Source: Sideroxydans sp.
GTDB taxonomy: Bacteria; Pseudomonadota; Gammaproteobacteria; Burkholderiales; Gallionellaceae
Length of the DNA: 64,000 bases
Reading direction: 5' to 3'
Assembly: GCA_028687425.1 (NCBI GenBank)
Contig: JAQUAD010000003.1
Location: 33,945-97,944, forward strand
Within the stretch, counting starts at the first letter, position 1. Every line of letters begins with the position of its first letter. Under the pieces are notes generated by a model, which saw nothing but the letters and a program-made list of their open reading frames with translations, made no database searches and was not told where the DNA came from. Shown one piece after another: positions 45,708 to 54,654 of this stretch. Made by a program: the position numbers and the translations under genes.

Positions 45708-46857
45708 ACACTACGATGTTGCCATCATCGGCGGCGGCCCGGTGGGGATCGCGCTGGCCCTGGCTTTGCGCGACAACGACCTTAAAGTGGCATTGCTGGA
45801 AGAGCGCGAATCCGAGATCAATACCACCGATCCGCGCGCGCTCGCGCTCTCCTACGGCTCGCGCCTGTTGCTGCAGAGACTGGGCGCATGGCAGACGCTG
45901 CAGAATGTCAGCGGCATCAAGGTGATCGAGATCACGCAGAAGAACAGCGCAGGTCACACTACTTTGCGCGCCGACGATCTGAACGTGCCGGACATGGGCT
46001 ATGTGCTGCCTTACACCGCACTGCATGCAGCCTTGCAGAATGCACTGCACCAGTCCGATATCGATTGTCTGTATGGCGCAGCCGTCAGCGACTTGTCCAG
46101 CGACAACGATATGTCGACCATCGTCTATCAGCAGCAAGGCACCCGGCACACCCTCTCGGCAAAACTCGCCGTGGTCGCCGACGGCGGCAAACTGCTGGAA
46201 ACCAAACGGCCGCCGCAGGTCACCGACTATGGCCAGAGCGGTATCATCGCCCACGTCAACACCGACAGGCCGGACAACGGCGTCGCCTTCGAACGTTTCA
46301 CCAGCCAAGGGCCGATGGCGCTGCTGCCCTACATGGATGGCTACGAGCTGGTACTGACTGCCGCGCACGAACAAGTGCAGACCATGCTGGGCTGGGACGA
46401 CGAGACCTTTCTGCACTTTCTGCACAGCCATTTCGGTGACCGCGTCGGCAACTTCGTCGCCATCGGCAAACGCAGCAGCTATCCCTTGCGCCTGAAGCGC
46501 GCGCCGGACATCACCTTCCCGCACACCGTGCTGATCGGCAATGCCGCGCAGACCTTGCATCCGGTCGCAGGGCAGGGCTTCAACATGGGCGTACGCGATG
46601 CCTGGGAACTGGCGCAGATTATCCTCGACCACGCACCGGACGGCATCGGCTCCGTAGCGATGTGCAAGGCCTACCGCGATTCGCGACGCATCGACCGCAA
46701 TGCAGGCATCCGCTTCACCGACGGTCTGGTGCGCCTGTTCTCCAATGACTTGCCGCTGCTGGGCCCGTTGCGCTCCGCTGCCCTCGACCTGCTCGACCAC
46801 ATCCCGCCCGCCAAAAAATTCGTGGCCAGGCGCATGATGTTCGGCGCTAACGGCTGA
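45700..46857 (+). CDS. ubiH: FAD-dependent ubiquinone biosynthesis hydroxylase, UbiH/UbiF/VisC/COQ6 family
   Basis: It has a GxGxxG FAD motif (VAIIGGGPVGIALALAL) and GNAAQTLHPVAGQGFNMG. It follows pepP, as in the E. coli pepP-ubiH arrangement. Confidence 0.75.
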   Translation: MNEHYDVAIIGGGPVGIALALALRDNDLKVALLEERESEINTTDPRALALSYGSRLLLQRLGAWQTLQNVSGIKVIEITQKNSAGHTTLRADDLNVPDMGYVLPYTALHAALQNALHQSDIDCLYGAAVSDLSSDNDMSTIVYQQQGTRHTLSAKLAVVADGGKLLETKRPPQVTDYGQSGIIAHVNTDRPDNGVAFERFTSQGPMALLPYMDGYELVLTAAHEQVQTMLGWDDETFLHFLHSHFGDRVGNFVAIGKRSSYPLRLKRAPDITFPHTVLIGNAAQTLHPVAGQGFNMGVRDAWELAQIILDHAPDGIGSVAMCKAYRDSRRIDRNAGIRFTDGLVRLFSNDLPLLGPLRSAALDLLDHIPPAKKFVARRMMFGANG

Positions 46858-47753
46858 TGCCCAGCCAACGACAGAATCTCGCCATTCTGTTCGCCGACAT
46901 CAGCGGCAGTACCGCCCTGTACGACAAACTGGGTAACGAAGTCGCGCTGCGCATGGTCACCCGTACGCTCGCCATCCTCACGCGGATCACGCTGCAGCAC
47001 GAAGGCAAGCTGATCAAGACCATCGGCGATGAAGTTATGTGCTCCTTTCCGGATGCGGTAAAGGCCGTCAACGCCGCTCGCGCCATGCAGCTGGAAGTCG
47101 AGCATCAGCGCCCCGGCGGCGATCACCCGATCTATGTGCGCATCGGCCTGCACTACGGCGACGTGCTGCTGGAACACAACGACGCATTCGGCGACACGGT
47201 GAATCTGGCGGCACGCATCACCGCCATCACGCGCGCCCGGCAGATCCTCACTTCGCAAGCCGTGATCGACGTGCTGCCGGATCTGCTGCGCAAGAACACG
47301 CGCCCCTTGCAGCGCACAGCTTTCCGCGGCATGCAGGAATCGTTCGATGTGTTTCAAGTGTTCTGGGAACAGGAAGACACCACCAGCACACGCATCGGCA
47401 CGCAGCAGTTCCGCAAGCCTGTGCTATCGAGGCAGGAGCTTATGCTGCGCCATGAAACACAGGTGATCACCATCGACGAGCAGCACCGCATCGCCCTGCT
47501 GGGCCGCTCCGAGGATTCGGATATCGCGATCGCCGATGCCCTCGCTTCACGGCAGCACGCCCGCATCGAATTCAATTTTGGCAAATTCCTGCTCACCGAC
47601 CACAGCGCGAACGGCACCTTCATCCGCTTCAGCGACGGCCAGGTGATCGAGCTGAATCACCAGCAGATCGTATTGCACGGTGCCGGCGCCATCAGCCTGG
47701 GCCGGAATTTCGAAGAAGCGGGCGGGGATGTGATCGAGTATCTGGTGCAGTAG
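46857..47753 (+). CDS. class III adenylate cyclase catalytic domain fused to a C-terminal FHA domain
   Basis: The metal-binding Asp residues lie in LFADISGST and IGDEVM. Lys in IKTIGD and Asp seven residues before the Asn of GDTVNLAARI form the adenine-specifying pair, by analogy with mammalian AC C2 K938/D1018. The FHA signature is LLGRSEDSDIAI...SRQHARIEF...LTDHSANGTFI. A TGATG overlap joins it to the ubiH stop. Confidence 0.8.
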   Translation: MPSQRQNLAILFADISGSTALYDKLGNEVALRMVTRTLAILTRITLQHEGKLIKTIGDEVMCSFPDAVKAVNAARAMQLEVEHQRPGGDHPIYVRIGLHYGDVLLEHNDAFGDTVNLAARITAITRARQILTSQAVIDVLPDLLRKNTRPLQRTAFRGMQESFDVFQVFWEQEDTTSTRIGTQQFRKPVLSRQELMLRHETQVITIDEQHRIALLGRSEDSDIAIADALASRQHARIEFNFGKFLLTDHSANGTFIRFSDGQVIELNHQQIVLHGAGAISLGRNFEEAGGDVIEYLVQ

Positions 47754-47757
47754 ACGT

Positions 47758-49095
47758 TCAGCCCTGCAAGCGCTTCAGCAGCTTCTCGTGTATCCCGCCG
47801 AACCCGCCGTTGCTCATCACCAGGATATGGTCGCCTGAACGTGCGGCGACGGCGATCGCTTCCACAAGCTCATTGAGGTCGTCCTTCACCTGTGCCTTGC
47901 TTCCCATCGGGGCCAAGGCGCCGCGCGCATCCCAGCCCAGATTCCCTGCATAGCAGAAGGTCAGGTCGGCGTCTTTCAGACTGCCGGGCAGTGCATCCTT
48001 CATCACGCCCAGTTTCATGGTGTTGGAACGCGGTTCCAGCACGGCGAGGATTCGCGCCTTGCCGACCTTGCGGCGCAGCCCGGCGACGGTGGTGTTGATG
48101 GCGGTGGGGTGGTGCGCGAAATCGTCGTACACGGTGATGCCGTTCACCGTGCCGCGCACTTCCATGCGCCGTTTCACGTTCTTGAACTCACTCAACGCCG
48201 CCAGACCCTGTGCCACCGGCACGCCGGCATGGCGCGCCGCAGCCAGCGCAGCCAGCGCGTTCATGCGGTTGTGCTCGCCCAGCAGATCCCATTGCAGCTT
48301 GCCCTGCGGCTTGCCGTTGAACGACACCTGCTCCTGCTCGTCGATGTTCCAGCCGTCATCGCTGCCGAACTTCTCCACTGGCGTCCAACAACCGCGCTGG
48401 ATCACGCGCGCCAGCGACTCCTCGCGCCCATTGCTCACCACCAGCCCGTTGCCCGGCACGGTGCGCACCAGATGGTGGAACTGCGTTTCGATGGCATTCA
48501 GATCGGCAAAGATGTCGGCGTGGTCGAATTCCAGATTGTTCAGGATGGCCGTGCGCGGATGGTAGTGCACGAACTTTGAGCGCTTGTCGAAGAAGGCAGT
48601 GTCGTATTCGTCAGCCTCGATGACGAAGAACGGCGAGTCTGTGATGCGCGCCGAGATGCCGAAATTCTGCGGCACGCCGCCGATCAGGAAGCCCGGATTG
48701 AGCCCCGCGTATTCCAGTATCCACGCCAGCATCGAAGTCGTAGTGGTCTTGCCATGCGTACCTGCCACGCCCAGCACCCACTTGTCGTGCAGCAAGGTGT
48801 CCGCCAGCCATTGCGGACCGGAAACATAAGGCAGACCACGATTCAATATCTCTTCCATCAACGGATTGCCGCGCGACACCACGTTGCCGATGACGAACAC
48901 ATCCGGCTTCAGGTCGAGTTGCTCGGCACCCCAACCCTCGATCAGCTCGATGCCCTGCGCCTCCAGCTGGGTGCTCATCGGCGGATAGACGTTGGCGTCG
49001 CAACCGGTGACGCGATAACCGGATTGTTTGGCGATGGCGGCGATACCGCCCATAAAAGTGCCGCAGATACCGAGGATATGGATGTGTTTGCTCAT
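47758..49095 (-). CDS. mpl: UDP-N-acetylmuramate:L-alanyl-gamma-D-glutamyl-meso-diaminopimelate ligase
   Basis: It has the Mur ligase layout (HILGICGTFMGGIA, GTHGKTTTTSM) at Mpl-typical length and N-terminus. Confidence 0.9.
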   Translation of the reverse strand: MSKHIHILGICGTFMGGIAAIAKQSGYRVTGCDANVYPPMSTQLEAQGIELIEGWGAEQLDLKPDVFVIGNVVSRGNPLMEEILNRGLPYVSGPQWLADTLLHDKWVLGVAGTHGKTTTTSMLAWILEYAGLNPGFLIGGVPQNFGISARITDSPFFVIEADEYDTAFFDKRSKFVHYHPRTAILNNLEFDHADIFADLNAIETQFHHLVRTVPGNGLVVSNGREESLARVIQRGCWTPVEKFGSDDGWNIDEQEQVSFNGKPQGKLQWDLLGEHNRMNALAALAAARHAGVPVAQGLAALSEFKNVKRRMEVRGTVNGITVYDDFAHHPTAINTTVAGLRRKVGKARILAVLEPRSNTMKLGVMKDALPGSLKDADLTFCYAGNLGWDARGALAPMGSKAQVKDDLNELVEAIAVAARSGDHILVMSNGGFGGIHEKLLKRLQG

Positions 49096-49098
49096 GGA

Positions 49099-49452
49099 TT
49101 ACGTTCTGAAAATGAAATACACCGCGCCCATCAGGCACAGCCCCGCCCACAGATAATCCAGCTTCAACGGCTGGTTCATATACATCACCGCGAACGGCAC
49201 GAAGATGGTCAGCGTGATGACTTCCTGCAGGATCTTCAGCTGACCGAGGCTGAGCTGAGTGTAGCCGATACGATTGGCCGGCACCTGCAGCAGATATTCG
49301 AACAGCGCGATGCCCCAGCTCACCAGCGCCGCCACATACCATGGGGAGGTCGAGAGGTTCTTCAGGTGCCCGTACCAGGCGAAGGTCATGAACAGGTTGG
49401 ACACGGCAAGCATCATTGCCGTGATCAGCAACGGGCTGGAAAGGTGATTCAT
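49099..49452 (-). CDS. small DMT-superfamily membrane protein (DUF486-like)
   Basis: The 117-aa product has four hydrophobic segments. The motifs NLFMTFAWYGHLK and EYLLQVPANRIG match my recollection of the DUF486 family. Confidence 0.7.
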   Translation of the reverse strand: MNHLSSPLLITAMMLAVSNLFMTFAWYGHLKNLSTSPWYVAALVSWGIALFEYLLQVPANRIGYTQLSLGQLKILQEVITLTIFVPFAVMYMNQPLKLDYLWAGLCLMGAVYFIFRT

Positions 49453-49464
49453 AGGCCAGTCGGA

Positions 49465-51090
49465 TCAGATGTCTTCCGGCACCATCTTGATCGAACCGCA
49501 CGGACATTCGGCCACGCACAGCCCGCAACCCTTGCAGTAATCGTACTTGAATTCGAAACCCTTGCCGGGGCCGAGCTTGATCACCGCGTTGTCCGGACAT
49601 ACACCGTAACAGTTGTCGCACTCGAAGCAGTTGCCGCATGACAGACAGCGACGCGCCTCGAACAACGCATTGGTCTCGTCCAGCCCGCCTTGCACTTCAT
49701 CGAAACTGGTCTGGCGGCGGATGATGTCCAGCATCGGGCGCACCGTCTTGTCGGCGTCGGAGTAGTACCACGGGTTGAGTTTGTCGAAGGTGGCGATCTC
49801 GTGCTTCGGTTGCGGCGCATAGGTGATGCCGCGCAGCCAGGCGTCGATGTTGCGCGCCGCCTTCTTGCCGTGGCCCACACCCACGGTGACCGTGCGTTCG
49901 GAAGGCACCATGTCGCCGCCGGCAAAGATGCCCGGATGACCGGTCATCATGTTAGGCGCGACCTGCACCACACCATCTTTGATCTCCAGTCCCGGTACAC
50001 CTTCGAGCAGCGACAGGTCAACGTCCTGCCCCAGCGCCAGCACCACCGAATCGGCCTCCAGTTTCTCGAATTCGCCGGTCGGCTGCGGGAAACCCTTCTC
50101 GTCCAGCTCCATCTTCTCCACCGTGATCTCGCCCACGCCGGCCTGCTTGATGGTAGAGAGCCACTTGATCATCACGCCTTCCTGCAGCGCCTCTTCGATC
50201 TCGAAGTCGTGCGCCGGCGCCTTGTCGCGCGTGCGGCGGTAGACGATGATGGGCTCGGCGCCCATACGCTTCACGGTACGCGCCACGTCGATGGCGGTAT
50301 TGCCGCCGCCGTACACCACCACCTTGCGCCCCAGCATGGGCTTGTCCTCGCCTTCCATCGAACGCAGCACCGACACCGCGTCCACGATGTGCGAGGCATC
50401 ACCGGCCGGGATCATCGCGCGTTTGCCGATATGCGCGCCGACCGCGAGGAAGGCCGCATCGAAACCGCCCTGCTGCATGCTCTGTTCGATGTGCTCGACT
50501 TTGGTGTTCAACTTGAGCGTCACACCCAGGTCGAGGATGCGCTGCACTTCGGCGTCCAGCACGTCGCGCGGCAACCGGTACTTCGGGATGCCGAAACGCA
50601 TCATGCCGCCCGCCAGCGGGCCGGCTTCCTGAATCTCCACCTGATGGCCCATGCACGCCAGATGATAGGCGGCGGACAGGCCAGACGGGCCGGCACCGAC
50701 CACCAGCACCTTCTTGCCGGTCGAGGCAGAGGGTGCTTCGAACTTCCAGCCGCGCTTGATCGCCTCGTCGCCGAGGAAACGTTCCACAGAATTGATGCCC
50801 ACCGCCTCGTCCAGTTGACCACGGTTGCACGCCGTCTCGCACGGGTGGTAACACACGCGCCCCATCACGGCAGGCAGCGGATTGTCACGCACCAGCACGC
50901 GCCAGGCCTGCTCGTAATCGCCGGATTCAGCATGGAACAGCCAGCCCTGGATATTCTCGCCGGCAGGACAGGCGTTGTTGCACGGCGGCAGGCGGTTGAG
51001 ATACACCGGCCGCGCCGAGCGCCAGGAGCCGGTCAGGTTGGCCAGCGAGGTGCCGGGCTTGAGAGTGATCGCAAAGGGTTTGTTAGCCAT
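49465..51090 (-). CDS. GltD/SudA-like NAD(P)H flavoprotein fused to a C-terminal 2x[4Fe-4S] ferredoxin (PorD-like) domain
   Basis: The ATG at 51090 overlaps the porB stop at 51083-51085. The N-terminal part parallels gltD of this window (PPCNNACPAGENI, VVGAGPSGLSAAYHL, VYGGGNTAIDVART). The C-terminus has two CxxCxxCxxxCP motifs (CLSCGNCFECDNCYGVCP and CKGCGLCVAECP). Confidence 0.8.
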   Translation of the reverse strand: MANKPFAITLKPGTSLANLTGSWRSARPVYLNRLPPCNNACPAGENIQGWLFHAESGDYEQAWRVLVRDNPLPAVMGRVCYHPCETACNRGQLDEAVGINSVERFLGDEAIKRGWKFEAPSASTGKKVLVVGAGPSGLSAAYHLACMGHQVEIQEAGPLAGGMMRFGIPKYRLPRDVLDAEVQRILDLGVTLKLNTKVEHIEQSMQQGGFDAAFLAVGAHIGKRAMIPAGDASHIVDAVSVLRSMEGEDKPMLGRKVVVYGGGNTAIDVARTVKRMGAEPIIVYRRTRDKAPAHDFEIEEALQEGVMIKWLSTIKQAGVGEITVEKMELDEKGFPQPTGEFEKLEADSVVLALGQDVDLSLLEGVPGLEIKDGVVQVAPNMMTGHPGIFAGGDMVPSERTVTVGVGHGKKAARNIDAWLRGITYAPQPKHEIATFDKLNPWYYSDADKTVRPMLDIIRRQTSFDEVQGGLDETNALFEARRCLSCGNCFECDNCYGVCPDNAVIKLGPGKGFEFKYDYCKGCGLCVAECPCGSIKMVPEDI

Positions 51091-52090
51091 GGAGTTTGAC
51101 CTCCTCCAGTAAGCCGTATTTACGGATGTTACGGTCGGCAATGGCTTGCAGGTGCGCCACCATCTCGGGGTGCGCATGCTTGCCGAACAGGTGCGCGAAA
51201 CGCTTCTGCGGTTTCAGATATTCCTCGATCGGCTGTTTGTTGCGGATCTTCAGCACGCCGGTCACTTCGCCGTGCTCGGCCTCGAACACCGGGAACATGC
51301 CGGTCTCCTTCGCCAGACGTGCCAGCTTGATGGTGTCATGCGAAGCCGCACCCCAGCCCAGTGGGCAGGGCACGAAGATCTGGATGTAACGCGCGCCGCG
51401 CATCTTCATCGCCTTGCGCACCTTGTATTCCAGGTCGCGCAGATCGGCCACGGTCGCCGTCGCCACGTAGGGAATGCCGTGCGCCATGGCGATCTCCGGC
51501 ACGTTCTTGCCCTGTCCGAACACGTTGCCCGGCTCTGCACCCACCGGCATGGTGGTCGCGGTGCGCGCGGTCGGCGGCGTGGCCGAGGAGCGCTGCACAC
51601 CGGTATTCATATAGGCTTCGTTGTCGTAGCAGATATACAGCACATCGTCGTTGCGCTCGAACATGCCGGACAGGCAGCCGAAACCGATGTCGGTGGTACC
51701 GCCATCGCCGCCCTGCGCAACAACGCGCACATCGTTGCGCCCCTTCACCTTCATCGCCGCCGCCACGCCGGTCGCCACCGCCGGTGCATTGCCGAACAGG
51801 GAATGCACCCACGGCACCTGCCAGGACGATTCGGGATAGGGCGTGGAGAACACTTCCAGACAGCCGGTCGCGTTCACCGCGATCAGCTGGTTGTTGCTCT
51901 CGGCCATCGCCGCGTCGATGGCATAACGCGCACCGAGCGCCTCGCCGCAGCCCTGACAGGCGCGGTGACCGGAGTTGATGGAGTTGCTGCGCAGTTCGCC
52001 AGCCTGCACGCTGCGCTCATCCGGCGCGAGCAGGCGGTTGCCCACAGTGTAGGTGCCGGTCTGGTAGAACTTGACGGTCTGGTATCCCAT
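51083..52090 (-). CDS. 2-oxoacid:acceptor oxidoreductase beta subunit (TPP-binding)
   Basis: It has a Cys cluster near the N-terminus (CQGCGE) and a TPP motif (GGDGGTTDIGFGCLSGMFERNDDVLYICYDNEAYMNTG). Confidence 0.88.
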   Translation of the reverse strand: MGYQTVKFYQTGTYTVGNRLLAPDERSVQAGELRSNSINSGHRACQGCGEALGARYAIDAAMAESNNQLIAVNATGCLEVFSTPYPESSWQVPWVHSLFGNAPAVATGVAAAMKVKGRNDVRVVAQGGDGGTTDIGFGCLSGMFERNDDVLYICYDNEAYMNTGVQRSSATPPTARTATTMPVGAEPGNVFGQGKNVPEIAMAHGIPYVATATVADLRDLEYKVRKAMKMRGARYIQIFVPCPLGWGAASHDTIKLARLAKETGMFPVFEAEHGEVTGVLKIRNKQPIEEYLKPQKRFAHLFGKHAHPEMVAHLQAIADRNIRKYGLLEEVKLHG

Positions 52091-52100
52091 GACGATCTCC

Positions 52101-53357
52101 TCAACCGAATTTCGCTGAAGTGGACATCCCCTTGTCGTACAGGATGTTCTCGGCGATTGGACCGGAATTGCGGTTCTGGCGTTCCCGTTCCAGTTGTTTG
52201 TTGACCACGTCCCAGTCGAGGTCGACGAAAGTGATGGGCTCCAGACTTTCCGCTTCCGCCTTCAGGAACAGATCCTGCAGAGACGACTTGGGGATGGCGC
52301 GCCCGCCCAGACCGGCGATCGCGGTGTAACCCTTGAGTTTCAGCCCGGCCACCGCCATGCGCAGGGTGGTATAGAGCACGCCGCCGAGGCCGACGGCCAG
52401 GTGCTTCTCCACCACCACAAAGCGCTTGCAGTGCTGCATCGTTTCGCGTGCCTGCTCCATGGGGAAGGGGCGGAAACTGATGATACCCAGCACACCGATC
52501 TTGTGGCCCTGTTCGCGCATGTCGTCCACCACATCCTTGATGGTGCCCAGCACCGACCCCAATGCCACCACGATGGTCTCGGCATCCTCGGTGCGATAGC
52601 TGCGCACCAGCCCGCCGCTGTCGCGCCCGAACTTCTCCTTGAACTCGGCGGCATATTGCGGGATCAGTTCCAGCGCCTGCAGTTGCTTGGCATGCGCCAG
52701 GTATTTCACTTCCATGAACGCTTCCGGCCCCACCATCGCACCGATAGAGATGGGGTCGGTCGGATCCAGCACCTGACGCGGCTCGTACGGCGGCAGGAAG
52801 GCATCCACCTGCTCTTGCGTCGGGATGTCCACGCGCTCGAAAGCGTGGGTGAGGATGAAACCGTCCATGCACACCATCACCGGCATCGACAATTCCTCTG
52901 CCAGCTTGAACGCCTGGATGTGCAGATCCACCGCTTCCTGATTGGTTTCGGCGAACAGCTGCATCCAGCCGGAATCGCGCTGCGAGAGCGAGTCGGAATG
53001 GTCGTTCCAGATGTTGATCGGTGCGCCGATGGCGCGGTTGGCGACGGTCATCACGATGGGCAAGCCCAAGCCGGAGGCGTTGTAGACCGCTTCCACCATG
53101 AACAACAGACCCTGGGATGCGGTCGCGGTGTAGGAGCGCGCACCCGCAGCGGAAGAACCGATGGCCACCGACATCGCGGCGAACTCGCTCTCCACGTTGA
53201 TGAACTCGCACGGTTGCAGTTCGCCGGATTTCACCATCTCGCCCAAGGCCTCGACGATGTGCGTCTGCGGCGAGATCGGATAGGCGCAGATCACTTCCGG
53301 GCGGCACAGCGCCACCGCTTCGGCGACGGCCTTGGAACCTTCTGTCTGCTTAAGCAT
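52101..53357 (-). CDS. 2-oxoacid:acceptor oxidoreductase alpha subunit
   Basis: The N-terminus is PorA/KorA-like (GSKAVAEAVALCRPEVICAYPISPQT). It is 418 aa and lies between the gamma and beta subunits. Confidence 0.88.
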   Translation of the reverse strand: MLKQTEGSKAVAEAVALCRPEVICAYPISPQTHIVEALGEMVKSGELQPCEFINVESEFAAMSVAIGSSAAGARSYTATASQGLLFMVEAVYNASGLGLPIVMTVANRAIGAPINIWNDHSDSLSQRDSGWMQLFAETNQEAVDLHIQAFKLAEELSMPVMVCMDGFILTHAFERVDIPTQEQVDAFLPPYEPRQVLDPTDPISIGAMVGPEAFMEVKYLAHAKQLQALELIPQYAAEFKEKFGRDSGGLVRSYRTEDAETIVVALGSVLGTIKDVVDDMREQGHKIGVLGIISFRPFPMEQARETMQHCKRFVVVEKHLAVGLGGVLYTTLRMAVAGLKLKGYTAIAGLGGRAIPKSSLQDLFLKAEAESLEPITFVDLDWDVVNKQLERERQNRNSGPIAENILYDKGMSTSAKFG

Positions 53358-53931
53358 GGGCTCCCTCCTTCATCTGTTCTTGCACCAGGGAATAGGCTTC
53401 GGTCGCGGCCGCGATGTTGCCTTCGGCCACCTTGCCCGAGAATTTCTCGTTGATCGCTTTCACCACCGATTCCAGCTTGAACATGCCGGACAGCGCCGCG
53501 AAACCGGCGATCAACGGTACGTTGGGAATGGGGCGGCCGATATGCTTGAGGCCAAGCTCGGTGGCGGGTAACGCGGCGAGCCGGGCATGGCCCATGCGTT
53601 GGACCAGCTCGCCCAGACCGAGTTGCTCGAAACTGTGTGCCGAGTTCAACAGCACATAGCCGTCCGGTTTGAGTCCGGCGAACACATCGATCTGGTGCAG
53701 CAGGGTAGGGTCCTGGATGATGAGCGCATCCGGCTGCATGATGGGCTCGCGCAGGCGGATCTCCTTGTCGTCGATGCGGCAGAACGCCACCACCGGCGCG
53801 CCCGTACGCTCCGAACCGAAGCTGGGGAAAGCCTGCGCATGGCGGCCTTCTTCGAAGGCGGCCACCGACAACATCTCCGTCGCGGTCACCACCCCCTGGC
53901 CGCCTCGACCGTGAACTCGAATCTGGAACAT
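53350..53931 (-). CDS. 2-oxoacid:acceptor oxidoreductase gamma subunit
   Basis: The N-terminus is canonical for the gamma subunit (MFQIRVHGRGGQGVVTA). It is 193 aa and overlaps the alpha subunit start by 8 nt. Confidence 0.88.
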   Translation of the reverse strand: MFQIRVHGRGGQGVVTATEMLSVAAFEEGRHAQAFPSFGSERTGAPVVAFCRIDDKEIRLREPIMQPDALIIQDPTLLHQIDVFAGLKPDGYVLLNSAHSFEQLGLGELVQRMGHARLAALPATELGLKHIGRPIPNVPLIAGFAALSGMFKLESVVKAINEKFSGKVAEGNIAAATEAYSLVQEQMKEGAHA

Positions 53932-53973
53932 ACGCCTCTCTCCTGTGAAGTGAACCTGGCTGCGTCCGAACGC

Positions 53974-54165
53974 TTATTCTATTGGCGCAATGTTACCGCC
54001 AGACGGTTCGTTCTTGTCGCGCCTCGACAACTTTGCCATCCGCAAGAAGCTCGCCAGCTCTTCCACCCAGCGCATGCGTTGTTCGGGCGTCAACGCCCGA
54101 AAGGCGCGCAAACGCTCGTCGCTTACATAATATGTCCGGTCGCCGGAAGTAAAGGGTTGGGTCAT
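53974..54165 (-). CDS. small hypothetical protein, partner of the upstream nucleotidyltransferase-fold gene
   Basis: This 63-aa ORF overlaps the stop of the upstream gene by 4 nt. I recognise no family. Coding status is inferred from the coupling and from the absence of a competing gene on either strand. Confidence 0.4.
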   Translation of the reverse strand: MTQPFTSGDRTYYVSDERLRAFRALTPEQRMRWVEELASFLRMAKLSRRDKNEPSGGNIAPIE

Positions 54166-54647
54166 GACGCTTTGATCCTTTGCAGATGCTCGACATCGGA
54201 AATATCTATCGGGCGGCCGACGGCATTTTTCATTGCGATCAGATCATCGATTGAAACCACCTTGATCGCCGTCCCGGCCACATCGAACTCGACTGCCCGT
54301 TGTTGCATCCCGGCAAAATCCACGGGCGGGAACAACAACACATCTATCGTCACACCTGCCAATTCCGGCGTGCGCAACGCGAACGCTTCCAGATTGCGCT
54401 TCTCATGCCATTCACGCAACAGTTCGATATCGCTCAACGACTCCAGCGGCACCGGTAGCACTGGGGTCAGCTTCAGTTCTTTTGCCGTTTCGATCAGGGC
54501 AGCCAGATTCACCGGGCGCATCGCCACCGTGATGTCCACGTCCATCGTCGCCCGCTCCACGCCATGCAACGAAACCGCCAACCCGCCGATCAGCAGGTAA
54601 TCCACCTTGTGGCGATCCAGCGCGGAGAAAAGTTCGAGATAGAACAT
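54162..54647 (-). CDS. minimal nucleotidyltransferase-fold protein (hypothetical)
   Basis: LLIGGLAVSLHGVERATMDVDITV fits hG[GS]-x(9-13)-D-h-[DE]-h of the pol-beta-type NTase superfamily. The product is 161 aa. Confidence 0.55.
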   Translation of the reverse strand: MFYLELFSALDRHKVDYLLIGGLAVSLHGVERATMDVDITVAMRPVNLAALIETAKELKLTPVLPVPLESLSDIELLREWHEKRNLEAFALRTPELAGVTIDVLLFPPVDFAGMQQRAVEFDVAGTAIKVVSIDDLIAMKNAVGRPIDISDVEHLQRIKAS

Positions 54648-54654
54648 GGAAGCA

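Noticed and set aside
44199-46800. Very long minus-strand ORFs (500 aa at 44199..45701 and 391 aa at 45625..46800) opposite pepP and ubiH.
   Set aside because: They lie exactly antisense to genes with clear catalytic motifs. Their translations are Arg/Ala/Gly/His-rich low-complexity sequence with no recognisable domain. Long open antisense frames are expected in roughly 60% GC coding DNA.
48611-49639. 342-aa minus-strand ORF spanning the mpl 5' end, the DUF486 gene and the 3' end of the GltD-like gene.
   Set aside because: It crosses three well-supported genes in a different frame and has an Arg/Gly/Ala-rich translation. It is a frame artefact.
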